DNA of 63,948 nucleotides, counting the filler. It is 5 parts of 5 records of this genome, joined end to end, with 100 filler letters (N's around TTAATTAATTAA, not from the genome) between each part and the next. Parts side by side here need not be neighbours in the genome. Positions count along the whole stretch, not along the records: positions 56,767 to 63,948 come from SRR20825019_2413; 4 more parts are not named here. One strand, written 5' to 3'. Shown in pieces: positions 61,736 through 63,948 of this stretch. The position numbers and the translations under genes are program-made. The notes under the pieces are model-generated. The model saw only the letters and a program-made list of their open reading frames with translations, had not been told where the DNA came from and made no database searches. Positions within the stretch are counted from its first letter, which is position 1, and every line of letters starts with the position of its first letter.

Positions 61736-62824
61736 TCAGTCCGGCAGGATTTCGGTTTCCGGGTTGCCGGGCAGCGTGACCTCCAGAAGCTGAAGGTCGG
61801 GTGTCGGATCGGCGTAGCGGGTGGCGAGGCCCGGGGGAATGACGAAGGCATCGCCCTCGGCCAGGCGGAAGGGCTCCTTGCCCTCGCCCTCCAGCGTCAG
61901 GCCGCCCGCCATGACATAGGTAAAGAGGATATCGCCCCGGTGGCGGGTCCAGGCGGTGGGCCCCCCATCGGGGCGCGCAACCATGACCGATGCAACCCCG
62001 CGCGTATTTTGGTCAATCGTGGTATCACGGGCCTGAAACCCGGGGAGGCGGAAGGGATGATAACGGCCCTCGGCGCCGATATTATGGACGAAACGCTGGC
62101 CCTGCCACTCGCGGTCGGGGCGCTGGTGCGGCGTGGGCAGGGTCATCGCATGGTCGATCTCGGTCACATGCTCGGCCGGGACGCCGATCTCGATCACCTC
62201 GATCCCGTCCGAGGCCTCGCAGACCCGGTGGCGGATCTCGGGCGGCTGGATGAAGCAATCGCCGGCATTGAGACGGCGCATGCCGCCCTGATCCTCGTAG
62301 AGGACATCGACCCAACCCTTGACGCAGAAGATCAGCTGAAAGCCGATGCGGTGGAAATGCACCATGTCCGGCACCGGCCCGCCATCGGGGATGCGGATAT
62401 GGCTGGCGATCATCGCCCCGCCCAGCCGCGAGGGCACCAGATCGCGGTACTGCATGCCCGCCCGCCCCACCACCCAGGGCGCCTGATCGGCGAGGCGGCG
62501 GACGACGAAGGCGTGGTCGGTCTCGGGCAGCACGAGCGGCGGGTTCAATGCGTCGATCTCGACGCGCGTGCCGTTGGGGGCGGTCAGGATCCGCGGCCCG
62601 GCCAGCCGGGCGGCATCGTCGGTCAAAAGCCGCAGCGTGCCGGGCGCCTCGGGCGCGCCCTTTTCGATGCGCAGCCGCAGCCCGTGGCCCGACAGCACCG
62701 CGACCGAGGGGTCGTCGGCCGGATAGATCATGTCCAGCCTGAAGCCCAGCTCGCGGGTATAGAACGGCAGGTCGTTGCGCAATTCCTGCGTCGGCAGGCG
62801 GATCTCGGCCCGGGTTTCGGTCAT
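61736..62824 (-). CDS. VOC/glyoxalase-like domain plus two cupin domains
   Basis: FYTRELGFRL..PADDP; HFH..FQLIF..GW...GDCFIQPP.IRH; second cupin GDAFVIPPG. Confidence 0.8.
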   Translation of the reverse strand: MTETRAEIRLPTQELRNDLPFYTRELGFRLDMIYPADDPSVAVLSGHGLRLRIEKGAPEAPGTLRLLTDDAARLAGPRILTAPNGTRVEIDALNPPLVLPETDHAFVVRRLADQAPWVVGRAGMQYRDLVPSRLGGAMIASHIRIPDGGPVPDMVHFHRIGFQLIFCVKGWVDVLYEDQGGMRRLNAGDCFIQPPEIRHRVCEASDGIEVIEIGVPAEHVTEIDHAMTLPTPHQRPDREWQGQRFVHNIGAEGRYHPFRLPGFQARDTTIDQNTRGVASVMVARPDGGPTAWTRHRGDILFTYVMAGGLTLEGEGKEPFRLAEGDAFVIPPGLATRYADPTPDLQLLEVTLPGNPETEILPD

Positions 62825-62961
62825 GGCTCACCCCCTTGTCGCGGGCAGTCTGCGCAGCGCCGGGGCCGAAGTCCAGAGCGTGTTTACGCCACCAGCCGCA
62901 AGCGGGCACTGGCGTTTTTCCGGGAATGGTTTAAGGCTGAACCAAATTTGAGGAGGTCCCG

Positions 62962-63948
62962 ATGAGCGAGTCTCACAAGGAAGATGCGAGGCAGGCGCTG
63001 CGGGCCGCGGCGCTGTTCTACCACGAATTCCCCAAGCCCGGGAAACTGGAGATCCGGGCGACGAAGCCGCTCGCCAACGGCCGCGACCTGAGCCTGGCCT
63101 ATTCGCCGGGCGTGGCCGAGGCCTGCCTCGAAATCAAGGCCGACCCCTCGACCGCCGCCCGCTATACCAGCCGCGGCAATCTGGTCGCCGTGGTCTCGAA
63201 CGGGACCGCCGTGCTGGGGCTGGGCAATATCGGCGCGCTGGCCTCGAAGCCGGTGATGGAGGGCAAGGCGGTGCTCTTCAAGAAATTCGCCAATATCGAT
63301 TGCTTCGACATCGAGCTGAACGAGCCCGACCCCTACAAGCTGGCCGAGATCGTCTGCGCGCTGGAGCCGACCTTCGGCGCCATCAACCTCGAAGACATCA
63401 AGGCGCCCGATTGTTTCATCGTTGAACGGATCTGCCGCGAGCGGATGGGGATCCCGGTGTTCCATGACGACCAGCACGGCACCGCCATCGTGGTCGGCGC
63501 CGCGGCGGTCAACGCGCTGAAACTCTCGAACCGCGAGTTCGCCGATATCAAGGTGGTCTCGACCGGCGGCGGGGCGGCGGGGATCGCCTGCCTCAACATG
63601 CTGCTGAAACTGGGCGTCCAGCGCGAGAATGTCTGGCTCTGCGACATCCACGGGCTGGTCTACGAGGGCCGGACCGAGGACATGAACCCGGAAAAGGCCG
63701 CCTTCGCCCAGGCCAGCGACAAGCGGACCCTGGCCGAGGTAATCGCGGGCGCCGACCTGTTCCTGGGCCTCAGCGGCCCCGGCGTGCTGAAGCCCGAGAT
63801 GGTGGCGCAGATGGCCGCCGATCCGATCATCTTCGCGCTGGCCAACCCCACGCCCGAGATCATGCCCGACGAGGTCCACGCCGTGGCGCCCGGCGCGATC
63901 ATGGCCACCGGCCGGTCGGATTTTCCCAATCAGGTCAACAACGTCCTG
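62962..63948 (+). CDS. maeB: NADP-dependent malic enzyme, N-terminal part
   Basis: GAGGAGG RBS; in-frame [69 protein letters not shown]. Confidence 0.95.
   Translation, partial: MSESHKEDARQALRAAALFYHEFPKPGKLEIRATKPLANGRDLSLAYSPGVAEACLEIKADPSTAARYTSRGNLVAVVSNGTAVLGLGNIGALASKPVMEGKAVLFKKFANIDCFDIELNEPDPYKLAEIVCALEPTFGAINLEDIKAPDCFIVERICRERMGIPVFHDDQHGTAIVVGAAAVNALKLSNREFADIKVVSTGGGAAGIACLNMLLKLGVQRENVWLCDIHGLVYEGRTEDMNPEKAAFAQASDKRTLAEVIAGADLFLGLSGPGVLKPEMVAQMAADPIIFALANPTPEIMPDEVHAVAPGAIMATGRSDFPNQVNNVL

Overview
This window is not one genome. It is five unrelated contigs joined by identical 100-nt artificial linkers (N44-TTAATTAATTAA-N44). (1) 1-16811: a gene-dense microbial eukaryote with ~50-70 nt GT-AG introns and very GC-rich promoter islands. 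It carries a Spg1/Tem1 GTPase, a PLAC8 protein, an RIIa-domain/guanylate-kinase fusion, a membrane protein, a CENP-E-like kinesin-7, peptidase E and the start of an ABCG transporter. (2) 16912-33808: a Roseobacter-type Rhodobacteraceae contig with an HscC-type Hsp70 coupled to a degenerate J-protein, a lone formate dehydrogenase alpha gene, a repeat-flanked low-GC orphan, and the RpoE-ChrR singlet-oxygen locus with its furan-fatty-acid operon. (3) 33909-48435: a very AT-rich Rickettsiales-like contig (tRNA end, infA, maf, yebC, dnaK, dnaJ, nadK, ftsK, recF, yidD) with two long-period ankyrin proteins, one ending in an F-box-like motif, and an Nma111/Deg7-like protease. (4) 48536-56666: a Rhizobiales contig (ccrM, DUF1254, L,D-transpeptidase, LysR, ymdB, 5-FTHF cyclo-ligase, 6S RNA, zapA, tkt). 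(5) 56767-63948: a high-GC Rhodobacteraceae nucleoside-salvage operon (cdd-deoA-deoB-add-upp), a VOC/cupin gene and malic enzyme. No CRISPR array, transposase or prophage is visible. The best leads are the HscC/HPD-less J-protein pair, the ankyrin/F-box effector candidate, the repeat-bounded orphan cassette, the degenerate RIIa-GK fusion and the CpG-island-like protist promoters. All calls come from manual motif recognition; no database search was run.
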